DNA of 61,207 nt, filler included, from Basidioascus undulatus (taxonomy: Eukaryota), in NCBI GenBank assembly GCA_000826855.1. It is 7 parts of 7 records of this genome, joined end to end, with 100 filler letters (N's around TTAATTAATTAA, not from the genome) between each part and the next. Parts side by side here need not be neighbours in the genome. Positions count along the whole stretch, not along the records: positions 1 to 8,632 come from JTLS01001351.1; positions 8,733 to 17,410 come from JTLS01001352.1; 5 more parts are not named here. The stretch is one strand, 5' to 3'. Below the pieces are notes generated by a model. That model was not told the DNA's origin. It did no database searches and saw only the letters and a list, made by a program, of their open reading frames with translations. A program made the position numbers and the translations under genes. Shown in pieces: positions 1-11,863 of this stretch (the stretch's first letter is position 1; the number at the start of each line of letters is the position of its first letter).

Positions 1-621
1 CCCCCTCCCCCACGCCGTCCTCCACCACGGGCGCGCCGCCCGGCTCACCCACGCCCTCCTCCGTCCCTTCCCTCGCCGACCGCCGGCGCCGCGAAGTCTC
101 CATGGGCGGGGCCTCCGCTACGACGACGGACTCGTCCCTTGCGTCCGTCGACGATGCGCTGCCCGTCGGCGCCACCCTCGAGGTCGGCATCCCCTGCATC
201 GTCTCCTGCCGCGTCCGCAAGCGCGGCGCGCAGGCCGCGCGCTTCCGCGCGCTCGTGCGCTACGTTGGCGAGCTCAAGGGCGAGCTGGGGCCGTGGGTCG
301 GCGTGGAGGTCCCGCATGAGGAGGGGCTCGCGGAGAAGGCGAAGGCTGTGGGGGGATGGGGTGACGGCAGTCATGCGGGCGTGCGGTACTTCGACGTGAG
401 TGTTTGCTTTCGTCTTCTGGTTTGCGCTGGCTGAGCTGACTTTGTGGGAGACGCAGATCGGCAACGACCCTTGGGACGAGTCCGAGGAGCGCCCGTCACG
501 ACGGCGCAGGTTAGACGGGGGGAGGCGCGTCCGGCTGTCGGAGGATAATCACTCGCTGACCTCCCTGCGCAGGGCGCTATTCGTCCGCCCTTCCAACGTC
601 GTATGGGTTGTCGGTGCCTAG
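1..621 (+). CDS. CAP-Gly domain protein, 3' part (5' end outside contig)
   Basis: VRYVGELKGELGPWVGVE...GDGSHAGVRYFD, GT-AG intron ~396-456, then ...ALFVRPSNVVWVVGA-stop (619-621). This matches the CAP-Gly motif order (WVGVE, DGS..G.RYF, LFV.P). Confidence 0.75.
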
Positions 622-1263
622 CCAGCCCGCCTTCCCTTTGCCTCTCGCAATTTCTGATCTTGCATGCATTGGTCACATCACACACACGTTCATTGCCTCA
701 CGTTCTTCTCTTTCGTATGCTCGCATGTTCTCCCATTTTAGTTCACTCTTCATACCGCACTTTGCCATTTTGCTCCGCAGTTACCCCGACCGACCCTTTT
801 GTACCGTGGCCGTTTTGACTCGCTCATTTACGTTACCCTAGTCCTTTTCAGAAGCGAACACGCCTGGCTGATCGCCAGTTTCCGCTGTTTGTTTCTGACG
901 CGAACAGCTAAGATGGAGTGTCAAGCATCGCTGGGCGTATCGTGTGACCAATCTTCGGATAGCTCCAAAAATTTCACGGCGACCTCCGGGTGCAACCGCA
1001 ACCTCAGCACCGTTGGCTTGCAGAACTCGTCAAGCAGCCTCGCAGGCCATACTGACTTACTGATGCCCCTCGTAGTTACTCTTCAAACGCTACCTCACGG
1101 AAGACCGGGACAGTTCAGGACCACAGGTAAGACGGCCTTCGCAAATGACTCACGTGCGTGCTGGCACTGCAGCTGACTCAACGCCTTGGGGCAGCTCTGG
1201 CAGCTCTAGACCGCATAAATGGCTCTCTCTCCTCGTGTTCTTCTCTTCTACACACATGCAGCG

Positions 1264-3111
1264 ATGTCGACATCCCTCGTACAGACCCTGCCAGTCGAGC
1301 TACAGTCTCTCGAGAGCGCTGCACCGAGCCGGACGGCATCGACTCGCAGCAGGCTGACGCAGCCCGGGCCCGTTGAGGCTGCGAGCGGCGAAACCCAGAG
1401 GGAGGTCGTGGATCAAGGAGCAGTCGGGGAATACCCGGAAGGCGGGTAAGCTTTTATATCTATGCGCATGCGTCAGATCCAGACTGACAGTCATGCTTGA
1501 ATAGATACGGATGGGTGAGCGCCATTCCCAGGTCAACAAAGACCGAAACATAGTGACGGACATTTTTTCACAGGTTGTGGTCCTCGGCTGCTCGATGGTC
1601 TTCTTCGTCTTCCTCGGGCTCATGTATAGTGCGTCAAAGCTCTCTATGTTATTTCATTTGCCTGACCGCTGTGTAGGTTGGGGAGTGATCCAAGACCGCC
1701 TCGTTGCGCAAGACCTCGCGCCGGCTTCAACCCTTGCCTTCGTCGGTTCAACGGGTAAGGGTTGTTCTTCTGTGGCACAGTGAGAAAGATGACTTATTAT
1801 TAAATCTCTCACTGTATCCTAAATTTAAACAGGCGCTTGTCTTTCGCCTCTTTTGGGCACCGTCTCTGCGCAGGCGGTGCGAAAGTTCGGCAACCGCAAA
1901 GTCGCTTTCGTCGGCGGCTCACTCGTCTGCCTTGGAACGATTCTAGCGGGCTTTGCGACGAAATCCGTTCCAGGCCTGTTCTTGACGCAAGGCGTAATGT
2001 TCGGAGTTGGGTGCTCCGCTTGCTTTATGGTGCGAACTTTGACGAGAATCCGCTTGCACAACAGGACTAACACCAGAACCCTACTGCAGTCGGCTGCACC
2101 GCTCGCGACTGAGTACTTTCAGCGACGCCGCGGCATCGCCACGGGGATGGTCTATGCTGGGGGAGGTGTCGGCGCCGCGGCGATCAGCCTCTCGATGGAC
2201 GCCCTGATCGATCGCTTCGGCGTTGAATGGACCTTTCGCATCCTGGGATTGCTGTCCCTGGCGATCGTGCTGCCAGCAGCTTCTTTGCTGAAACCTCGGT
2301 TTCCCAAGACTCGCAGGCCGCCGTTGCTCGATCTGTAAGCTCTCATCCTTCAACGCAGTCTCCTTTCGCTCACAGTCAGGCCCTTGCAGCTCACTCTTCC
2401 GTGATGCCAAATTTTGCATTTTGATCCTCCTCGTCCGTCCTATACCTCTTTCATGTTTACCGTTGCTCACTCGTTATCTTCCACATGGAAGACATCCGTG
2501 GCCGTCTTCTTCCTCTTCTGCCCGCCGTTCTTCCTCCCTCTCTACGCCAGCGCTATCGGTCTCAGCACGTTTGCCGGCGCAGGTCTCCTCGCCGGCTGGA
2601 ACCTGTCATCGGCGGTGGGACGTATCGTGTTTGGTATGCTCGCCGACACACTCCTCGGCCCAGTCAACGCGCTGTTCGTCTCCCTCCTCATCTCGGGCGT
2701 GTCGACACTCGCGCTCTGGCCGGTATCGGACACGCTCGCGCCCTTGTGCGCATTCGTCGCCATCAACGGACTCGGCGCTGGCGGCTTCTTCTCCTTGACC
2801 CCGACCGTTGTTGCGAGTTTGTTCAAGGGTTCGAACATCGGTACGGCTCTGGGTATGACGATGACGACGTGGGGTGCAGGATATTTCCTTGTACGTCCTA
2901 CACCGATAAGAAGTATGAGCGTCCGTTGAACAGGGTACCACAGGGCGCACCAATTGCCGGATACATCCTAGAGGCGTACGGTGGCGCCTCAGGAGGCATG
3001 CAGGCGTTCCGGCCTGCGATCTACTACGCCGGCTCTATAGCTCTCGCCAGCGCCGTTCTCGCTTTGGCAGTCCGATTTATGGCAACCACAGAGCTTCTGA
3101 AGCGTGTTTGA
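1264..3111 (+). CDS. MFS monocarboxylate-transporter (MCT/MCH family) protein, multi-exon
   Basis: N-terminal EYPEGG exon, AVRKFGNRKVAFVGG (MFS motif A-like), LFLTQGVMFGVG, EYFQRRRGIATGMVYAGGGVG, SAVGRIVFGMLAD, GAPIAGYIL; many hydrophobic segments; GT-AG introns. Confidence 0.9.
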
Positions 3112-3730
3112 GCTGCTGCACTGCTTCTCGATCGACGCCATGCTTCTTTCTCCTTTCTTGGATGCATTGCCGTGCCACTAAGCACAACTTGTCTGCAGCT
3201 GGCAACAACAAGTCCGTCAAACTACCCGAAAAAGTGCCCTTGCATTTGACAGCTTCTGATTTTCTCTTAAGCCTGCGGTCCCCTTCATTTCATTCCAACT
3301 TGCCTTTGCGACTTGCGGGGACTGCGGTTCACAAAAATCGTTTTCGGCCAGTGAGACTCTGGGAATGGACAAGAACTCAGACGATGCTGTCGCTTTACTT
3401 TCTTGAAGTTCTGTTGGTTGATACAGGTGGAAAGGCACTGAAATTGCTGATGGATGGATTATAGACTCTTTGTGAACAGAATGTTGCGTTGCTTTTTTCA
3501 AACTGAGGTCACATTGAAGACAACCGCCGACGGCTGAACGTTCTAAGTCAGACGCAGGCACACCTTTCCGATATTCTCTGAAATGACTTGTTGGCTGTGA
3601 GGCTCAGAAACACCAAATACTCGACAAAATTTCAGTAGCGTGCACTTACAGCGGCAGGTGAGAGAAGCGAGACGGAGAAAGCAATATACGTCTAAACGCT
3701 CTACTTTAGCCTGTCCGTCGTTCTAGTCGA

Positions 3731-6700
3731 TTATTGGGCAAGGCAGAAAGGGAGAGGCGAGTTGAGCGGAGGAAGCATCGTGTCGGCAGTCTCGTAGATC
3801 CCCTCTGCGCAAGCGGGGAACGGTACGCCGTAATCCTTGAAGACAGCGCCCCCGTCCTCGGCCGTGCGCTCGATGTAGTTGATGAAGCGGCGGTTCAGAA
3901 GATCGCCATCCTGCGCACGGTCGAAGCAGTTCTGGGCGCGATGAGAGCCGAGGAGTAGGCCTCATTGTAGCTAATGCACGAGTCCGTAAGTTTTGTGCAT
4001 GCGTTCTTGAAAATAGAAAAGAAACAGACGTGGGGCGTACAGCGTGACCGGAACATCCTCACTTCGGGTGAAATGCTGCATACCCTGTAGAGAAAGGACA
4101 TGTGAGCACATGAGCACAGCATCATCCCGAAAAATTCAGCAATGCCTACTCACAAGGTTAATCCAGACGACTAGGTGCTCCTGGTTGAATGATTCACCGT
4201 CGAAATACTCATCGAAGTTAACTTGGGGCATTCTGCGACGAGGTCGAGTACGGCTCCGTGTTCTTTTGCTTCGTGACGCCGAGGTGTATCTTGGTGTACT
4301 GAGCGTTGTACTTGATAAATACACTATTCATGACTGGGAGATGGGCAGTCGAGTGCCCGGGGATGATACGATAACCACGGGGACACTCCACTTGTTAAGC
4401 TCATCGTTGTTCACGATCTGGTAGTAGCCCTCCCCGTTCGACTCGTTCTCTTTTCGGACGTAATGCTCTCGAGCCTAAGGGAAAAGGGTGGATCAGCTCC
4501 TGTAAAGTACACAGTTATCGTGAGACAAAGTACGCAATCCATCTGCTCCCACTCCCCGAGCTCAAGGGAACCAGGGCTGAGACTCATTCTTGACGACAAG
4601 ACGAGTGTCAACAAAGGAGTTGTTCAGCCCAGCGACATCGAGATCGATCTTATACAAGGCCGTTAGCGTTGGGCTGACAGAGGGACGATGCGGGCGATGC
4701 CACTGACCTTGTAGTTGAGGATGTGAGAATGGAGGCTTCCCATTGTCCCCTGCTGGATCCTCGGGCACCAAGGCTTTTGCCCATCTTGCCTTTGACAGAA
4801 CTGATTACTACAGAGCTTCAGAGGGGGCAGAATATGGGATGGATCCCACGCACATGTAAACCGATTGAAGATAGCCGGAAGCCCGACCGACGATCTCAAC
4901 CGTGCCCTCGAGGAGGAAAGAGTACTTGACTGCAAGGGCCCGCACCAGCAGTCACATTAGCGTCCTCCATGCGCTCACACAGGTAGTCGTAGCTGCCATG
5001 GCACAAACGTCAATCAGCCAGCGGAAAACGACACGAGAACAGAACGTCCTGGCTGCTTACTTTTCGATAGTTGTGATTGTGTGGGCGGTGAGCTTGGTAC
5101 CCTTGACAGTCCCAATGTCCCGAAGAGCGAAGTCTGAGCGGCCCTCAATGTGCCGAGAGACGGGGAAGCCGAGGTCCTGCTCGAAGATGCAAAGCGAGTT
5201 CTTGTTGGTCCGTATGCCGGAGTTGGTGTTGGTGCTGGTGTCGACCATCAGGCTGCCATAAGGAGTCAAAGCCCTCGATGAGCGTATACTGGAGAGCGGT
5301 AAAAAAAGAATGTGAGTTCTGCGGCTTAAGGCAACAAAGCAGAAGTGAACTAAGTCGATTGGAAATTACCGCGTAAGTTCCGATTCTCTCACGGAGACGG
5401 AGTCGTGAGGAAGTCAGCACTGGAATAGGAACACTGCTTGAAAGAGAGACAAGCTGCTCTGCTACTCACGAAGTAGCGGTCACTGTCATTAGGAAACAAA
5501 GCGGGACACAGATAAGCGATCCTCAGATACGGCCTTTGCCAAGATCCGAGATGTCGCCCACTGGTAGACAGTCGACGCTGCCTTTGGCTCTGTCCAGCAT
5601 ACTACGAGCAGAAGAGACTGTAAGGACCTGCAGAAGGAACAACTGGGTTGGAAATGCCTCACCTGAGCCAGAGCATCTTGCAAGCCGAGCTCGTAGATGC
5701 TCTCGCCCTTGAACTTGTGTCGTAAAGAGTCATGCCGGTATCAGCCGAGACCGTGATAAAGAAGCTCCATACGGCTTTGGGAGGGGCGACAGTGAGCAAC
5801 TAGGCTTAATCTGCTCCTTAACAGCAGAAGGAGGAGAGGTTAACTCACGCCATTCGACGTATTGGTTCTTCCAGTCGTACGCAAACCGCTTGCCGCCGAA
5901 CGGGTACACGGCACATGGCTGCATAGTTCCCAATTTCAGAAAGGATCGCAGTCCGCCGACTACGAAAGTTGCTCACCAGGGGCAAAGCGATCCTCAAGCT
6001 TTCGGGGCGTGCTGCCTTCCTCGAGGTCGGTCAAGGCCCACGCAGGCTGACGGACCTGCGGGTACGGCGATTTTCCGACCCTTCTGTCCTCATACACTGC
6101 CCGGAACACCTCTACGCTCGTGTACCAGGTGCCGTTAGTCACGATGCCGAGCAGGTGGTACAGGGACGGATCGGTGCCGGTGATGTTGAATCGCACGGTG
6201 AAGTCGAGGGGCGTGAGGTAAGAGGCCGCGCTGGGGAACATGAGAAGAGCAGGGGCCGAGTTAGTGAAACCAAGGTAGCTCGGGGGAGACGATAGACGAA
6301 ACGCACCGGAAGATGACAGTGATGAGCGACTGCGAGCCGTCCATGGACAGCTGCGTGTTGGTGTCAATCGTGAGGGTGGTACGCTCGTCATCGGAACCGT
6401 AGAAAGAGCCGCTGGATAGGTCCTCGGTGATGTCGGCGACCGAAGATGCGGGTAGCGAGCAGGTCGGCGTAGGCAGCTTCACTGAGTCTGTCCGAGTAGC
6501 GGCCTTCGTACCTGTCCCAGGGCACCTGATCAGTGACATTATAAAGGTGAGAGTAAACTATCTACTCACCGGATAGTTCCACCGGCGGTGAAAAATAGTC
6601 GGGCAGCTCAATAATCGTCGAGTTGGAAACGTGGAAAGGGCCGACGATGTAGTCCTGACCGACCGGAACCGCTTTGCCGCCCGTAAAGATCGTGACCTGA

Positions 6701-7223
6701 GTGTTCAATGTAAGCATGAAGGTCTACAGCACTGAAAAGGGGGTGTTTTAAATGTACATGAGCGTAACGCTTGGGTGGCTCAGCCTGTAAGTTGATTTGT
6801 ATCAGGCTTTGTGGCATTGGAGACACGAAAACAACACAGGTGGACGTACGTCGCCCTCGAGATACGCCAGAACATCGGTCTTGTTGGTGTGCAAGAAGGT
6901 GACATGCTGGACGTAGTTCGAGTTGATGGTGGAATTTTCAATGGTGAAATTCTACTGCCATGAGGTGTTGCCCGCTGTCGCTTTACATGCAGGAAAACGA
7001 AGACGTACGTGAGGTTAAGGAAGCTCTGCTCAGGAGCGTAGAGCCACTTCCACATGCCTTCGTGCTCTTCCTGGGACGTTCTCCTTGGGCGCTTCGATGG
7101 TGGGCAAGTCCCCGATCTAGCATGAGCCAAGCTGCCGCCGACAGGCGAGAAGGGCGATAACGCTGGCGCGGCGAGAGCGACGGTGCACGCGCCCGTGAGG
7201 AGGTATAGGATGATAGACCACAT
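3731..7223 (-). pseudogene. Secreted copper amine oxidase (TPQ-dependent), frameshifted
   Basis: Signal peptide MWSIILYLLTGACTVALA. Spliced TTIENYDYLFKYSF (TPQ motif NYDY), GSLHSHILNYK (Cu HxH), GMQHFTRSEDVP (third Cu His), SLCIFEQDLGFPVSRH. Apparent frameshifts at ~5718, ~5264 and ~3935. Confidence 0.85.
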
Positions 7224-8390
7224 CAACTTTGGTATGCTTCGCCAAAGTGAGCTCACAGTGTATTGCTCAATTTTTATGCTTGGCCGAAGTGAGCTGGCGA
7301 TTATCTTGCTACGCCAAAGTGAGCTCTTTATCTTCACCGCGATGTCTCGTTGCAACCCCAATGCGATGCAGTCCTCTTCCCGGCCCAGTACGGATAACGA
7401 GGCAGCTGCAGGCTACACTCTTGGCAAACTGTGTCCTGTACTGTCCTGTACCTTCGAATTTATCCGGCTCCACTGATACGGGCTTGCCGCGACAGTGTCT
7501 TTACGTGCTGTCCCGTAGAACTGGCAAAGCAGGCGATAAGCTTAAGTGCATCGAGTGCAACCTCCTGCAAGCGACGGACAGTTGATACCCGAGGGCAATC
7601 GCAGGTCCGTCAAAATCTTCCCGGTTTTGAGTAGCATAAAAGCCTCAGCTTACCCGGGCAGCATTATGCTCCATCTTGCAATGGAGACGATACAGCTACT
7701 TGCCGTTCGAAAGTCCCACTTGCAGTCCCGAAAGGCTGCAGACGGATGAAGCAGCTTCTGCTTCCAACACTACAAAGTGCAGGCGGAATGAAATGACAAG
7801 CATGCAATCTGACAAGACATCGAACTTGGCATCCAAGCAAAGATGCCGTGACCTTGCGGCGAAAATGCCTAATGAACGGCACACGCTCCACGCACATTGC
7901 AGAGCATGCTCTCCTGAGCTGCGGCCGCTGTAGGCTTATCTTGTTCGTGAAAGTCGAGGTCCGATCATAAGCAAAAGTGTACATCGAGTAGTACCATTGG
8001 AGGATAAAGCATGCGCAGTCATCAGCGGACGTATCTTGTCGCTAGTCGGTGCTCGGCTGCCTGCCCTGCTGCCTGAGCCGTACTGTCGGTCGAACCACCA
8101 TGCCACCTTCGATAGGAATTTACTCTTTGAAACATTGAAAGAATGAATTAAGCCAGCGGGCAGGTTGCACGGAAAACACCCAGAACTTGGCATTGCAGGC
8201 CAAAATGATGCGCAATATTACAAGACGCTGTTTTGCGCCTTTTTTCTTCTCGACGGCAACGTACAGCAATATCGCACAATCTGAAGCGTCTCAACGTCAA
8301 CCCCCACGTCAAACCTCAGCCGCTTTGGAGTTCTTGTCCTCGGGCCAGCCTGCCCACTGCCCGTCCGTCACTACCCCAGCGCCCAACGCT

Positions 8391-8632
8391 TCACCTCCTC
8401 GGCGGCGGGCTGACGCTGCGCGAGTAGCTGCGCCGCCGCCTGGGAGAGGGCGAGAAGCTGCGGCTTCTGCTGCGGCTCAGACTCCGACTGTAGCTCCTCC
8501 TCCCCCCCCTCTCGTAGCTGGGGCTCCGCCTCCCTCCGCGCTCATAGCTCGGGCTCCGCCGCCTCGGCGCGCCGCGCTCGTCGCCAAGCCGGACAGGCGA
8601 GCGCGAGCGCGAGCGCCCCCTCCAACCACCAC
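8391..8632 (-). CDS. C-terminus of an Arg/Ser-rich (RS-domain) protein, probably a splicing factor; truncated by gap
   Basis: Manual translation: GGWRGRSRSRSPVRLGDERGAPRRRSPSYERGGRRSPSYERGGRRSYSRSLSRSRSRSFSPSPRRRRSYSRSVSPPPRR-stop. Not in the ORF track because no start codon is in frame. Confidence 0.7.
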
Positions 8633-8732
8633 NNNNNNNNNNNNNNNNNNNNNNNNNNNNNNNNNNNNNNNNNNNNTTAATTAATTAANNNNNNNNNNNN
8701 NNNNNNNNNNNNNNNNNNNNNNNNNNNNNNNN
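8633..8732. other. Artificial contig linker
   Basis: 44 N + TTAATTAATTAA + 44 N; stop codons in all six frames. Confidence 0.98.
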
Positions 8733-9700
8733 TGAGAGGTCATCTATGCATGGGGAATTGAATGGGAGGCCTGCGAGTCTTGGAAGAGGAGGAGGACCCC
8801 CACCATGCGCCGGCGAGGGGCGCGAGCATCCCGAGCGAGGCGGAGATGTTCTTTGCTGTCTTGAGGTACGTGGTGGCCCGCGAGGCTTGGTGTGCGAAGA
8901 CGTGCGGATGGAGTCCGAGGTCTGGGAGATCCGCCGCTCTTCATTATTCAGCATGAGAGATCCTCCGAGAGAGAACAGAGGAACGCACAGGGAGTATCAA
9001 AGGACAGGCAGGAGATGATCCGCGGCCAGAGGGGAGATGAAGGGGAGGGGCGCGCGGAGGCGATGCGGAGGAGCGAGTCGGCTGAGAGAAGACCGCCCAT
9101 GCTGCATGCCATTCCTCCGAGCATCAGAGAGTGTTCCGCTCATGAGTAGGGGAACGTGCGTACCTGTGCCCGCAGAGGATCACGCCGAGCGAGCCTGGCC
9201 CGCCCGGAAGAGTGGCTTCGCGGTTGACGACCTGCTCGGTGAGCCAGGACACGAAGCGGTCCACAGCTTGATCCTGCAAGGGGGTAAAAGCTTCCAATCA
9301 GCATCCCTTCTACCACAACAATAGAATGAGACGTACCAGTTGGCCTTTCGTCTACGCCTCGTCCCAGCATCAGTCCCATCTTCGCGGCTCCAACAGTCGC
9401 GAGCGACGCACCTCCCAAGCTGGAAACACCAAACACTCAGCCTTCACACCCCGCAGCGTCTCATCCAAGTTATCTGCATCCTCCCCAACAGCTCAGTAAC
9501 CTCCCTCAGCGCTGCCCCTGGAAGGTAAAGACGACGTACGCTTGAGCCGATCTGGGAACTGCAGGAACGTGAAATCGTCGCCTTTGAACCTGCGCCCCTC
9601 GCGGGATCAGGTCAGCTCGAGCTCTGGGGGTGCGAGCAGAATTTCGGAGGTACCCATGGATGAATACTAGAAGGATGGAGGCAATTGGAGGAGAAGACAT
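8733..9700 (-). CDS. Alpha/beta-hydrolase (DUF676/lipase-like serine esterase), 5' part
   Basis: MSSPPIASILLVFIHG|FKGDD, VILCGHS|MGGLLSAD (GxSxG nucleophile elbow, Ser codon split by an intron), IISCLSFDTP; runs into the gap. Confidence 0.8.
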
Positions 9701-10520
9701 GGCGGTGGTTTGGAGGCGAGGGGCAGGAGGCGAACGGGGCCTTGACAGCCCCAGCAGCGGCTGACATATCACGTGAAAGTTCCACGTCAAGGTGCACTCG
9801 CAACTCGCAACGCAGTGAAAACCGCTGTGTCCCTTCGCTTTCCTACAAGTTTGGAATTTTAAGTGGAGGACACATACCATCCGGTGGTCGTCGATGATAG
9901 CCCAACCGACAGCGAGACTTCACCGCTGCACGTCTAGTAGCCGCGCTCATCTCTTCTCAGCCTTTGGCTCCATTACGCTTTGTGATACCCTAAATCAATG
10001 AATGGCATGACTATACACCTTTGATTCTGTATCTCAGTAGGAGTTTGTAGTCATGAAGCTCTGAGGTCGGGAACACGCAGCCGGCCTCAGCCGTTCTCCA
10101 TCACGATCACAGGCTTCGGGCGCAATCCGTAAAGCTCTGTATTTCATCTCGTGAAGTATCCGTGGTGTAAAAGGGTCTAAAGAAAGCATACACATCAAAG
10201 TCCATCGAACATTGTCCTGTACGAGGCCATCAGGAACCTGCGCGCGTCCATACTGCGCGCCAAACCGGCCTCGATCTTCTCCTCGCCTGCAAGGAGAAGC
10301 AAGAGCCAGCCAAGATTGCTTTCACCAAACAAGATCCAGGGTTGTCAATGGAGGTCGAGATACGGGAAGAGGACAAGCTCACCTGTTTGCGGACAACACC
10401 ACACCATCCGTGTTCAGCGCCTGGAAAGTGAGCTCGCTCACGAGCCACTGAGTCGTCCGGACACGCTCGATTGCGAGAGGTCGATAAACTTGCCCTGATC
10501 ATGTCCTTGTCTTCCCCGGT

Positions 10521-11863
10521 TCACGAGCCCACAGACAAGGGACGGAAGGGCAGGGACAGCGGCGAGCTGACCACGCGTCCGACGGCACGGTCCGGGTCGT
10601 CGCTCATGACGAGCAGGCTCGGCAGGCCGGCGAGGCAGTCGGAAGAGGAAGTGAGGGGGGAGGATGGGTGTTTTGGCGAGTGGGCGGGGGAAAGGGAAAG
10701 GGAAGAGAGCATGGAGGACGCGGCGGAAAGGAAGGGGTCGGCGTCGCCGAAGGTGCGCCTGATGCCGGACAGCTCGGACGGGTCGCGGGCTTCGGTGAAC
10801 TACAGCCAGAGGGAGCCAACAAGGGAGATTAAATCTCTGATAAATGTTAACAACTGACCTTGTCACAAAGCCGGAGGTGCAGCCCAATCGTCACGGCCGA
10901 GTCGTCTTTCCCCCCGTTCTGATGAGCATGCCGAAGAGGTGATTGTTAAGTCTCCGAGGGCTAGAATCACCTTCTCCTGCGCGCGGTAAGCCTCCTTGAG
11001 CGCGGGAAGCAGCGTCTGCCCCGGCAGGTACAAGACCCAGCCCGGCTCGTTCGACTCGTCCTGCGCGCGGACGGAAGCGTCGCCCGTATCGTTCAAGAAA
11101 CGAGACAGTAGGTACGCGTCGATATGTCGTGCCTTTTTCCGTGTGGGAGAGGTGGTCAAATCAGGTTCAAAGCAGGGACGGGTGAAAAATAGGAAGACGC
11201 AACTTGTTCCGGCTGGTGCGGACGTGCTGAGCCGACTGCCAGTCCTCAGCCACTGAAGTCCCGTTTAGAGTGAGCCAGTCGTCTGGAGGAGAGAAATGGA
11301 GTTCCGGGGGGAGGAAGTAGTCCGCGAAAGAGCCTGAAACGGGACTGGTTTTCAGCCCAAGACCAACCACTGTGAAGAGTAAAGAGGGACGGTTGTGGGT
11401 GTTGAACGGGCATCGTAATTCCGATCCGTGTCGTCTACTAGCATCGTGAACCCATTCTCATGAGCGAATACGGCAGTCCGGATCTGGTTATGCCACAGGC
11501 GATCGACAATGTCAGTTCAATGTTGAACGCGCAGTGCTGCGTTCGAAAAATGGGCGATAAGTCCCAGCTCGCTGGAGAACCCCAGATACCGTCGCAGACA
11601 AATAGCATCGTTCGAAAGCAGGGTTTTATCGGAGAAGGCTCGGGGTCCGGGGCGACGATCGGCAGTTCGTCTTGCGGCGCATAGGACAGTAGCTTTGAGG
11701 TATTCTCTCTTGTACTGGAGAACTTTAAGGAAGGTACACAAACTTACGACGTGCAGAATTGGAAGACCAATAAAAAGAGCGCAGACCCTCCTAGCGTCAG
11801 ACACAAGGCCCAACGGTGCTTCCAGAGCCGGTGAGAGAGTGCGAGGTCGTTAAGATAGGGCAT
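10521..11863 (-). pseudogene. Putative GT23 (alpha-1,6-fucosyltransferase/NodZ-like) type II membrane glycosyltransferase, degenerate
   Basis: N-terminal TM segment (WALCLTLGGSALFLLVFQF), GFSSE, TMLVDD..RNYD..FADYF, VTIGLHLRLCDK (cf. GxHxRxGDK), LLVMSDDP. A frame change is needed near ~11598. Exon structure uncertain. Confidence 0.45.

Noticed and set aside
4983..4997. Apparent mutated amine-oxidase motif GSYDY
   Set aside because: GGCAG is the intron acceptor; splicing restores NYDY.
1264..7223. MCT transporter plus amine oxidase as a catabolic gene cluster
   Set aside because: Only a convergent pair, with no regulator or dehydrogenase visible on this contig, and the oxidase is disrupted.
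8677..8688. TTAATTAATTAA palindrome recurring every ~8.75 kb as a biological repeat or CRISPR-like array
   Set aside because: Always centred between two 44-N runs; it is a synthetic six-frame-stop linker.
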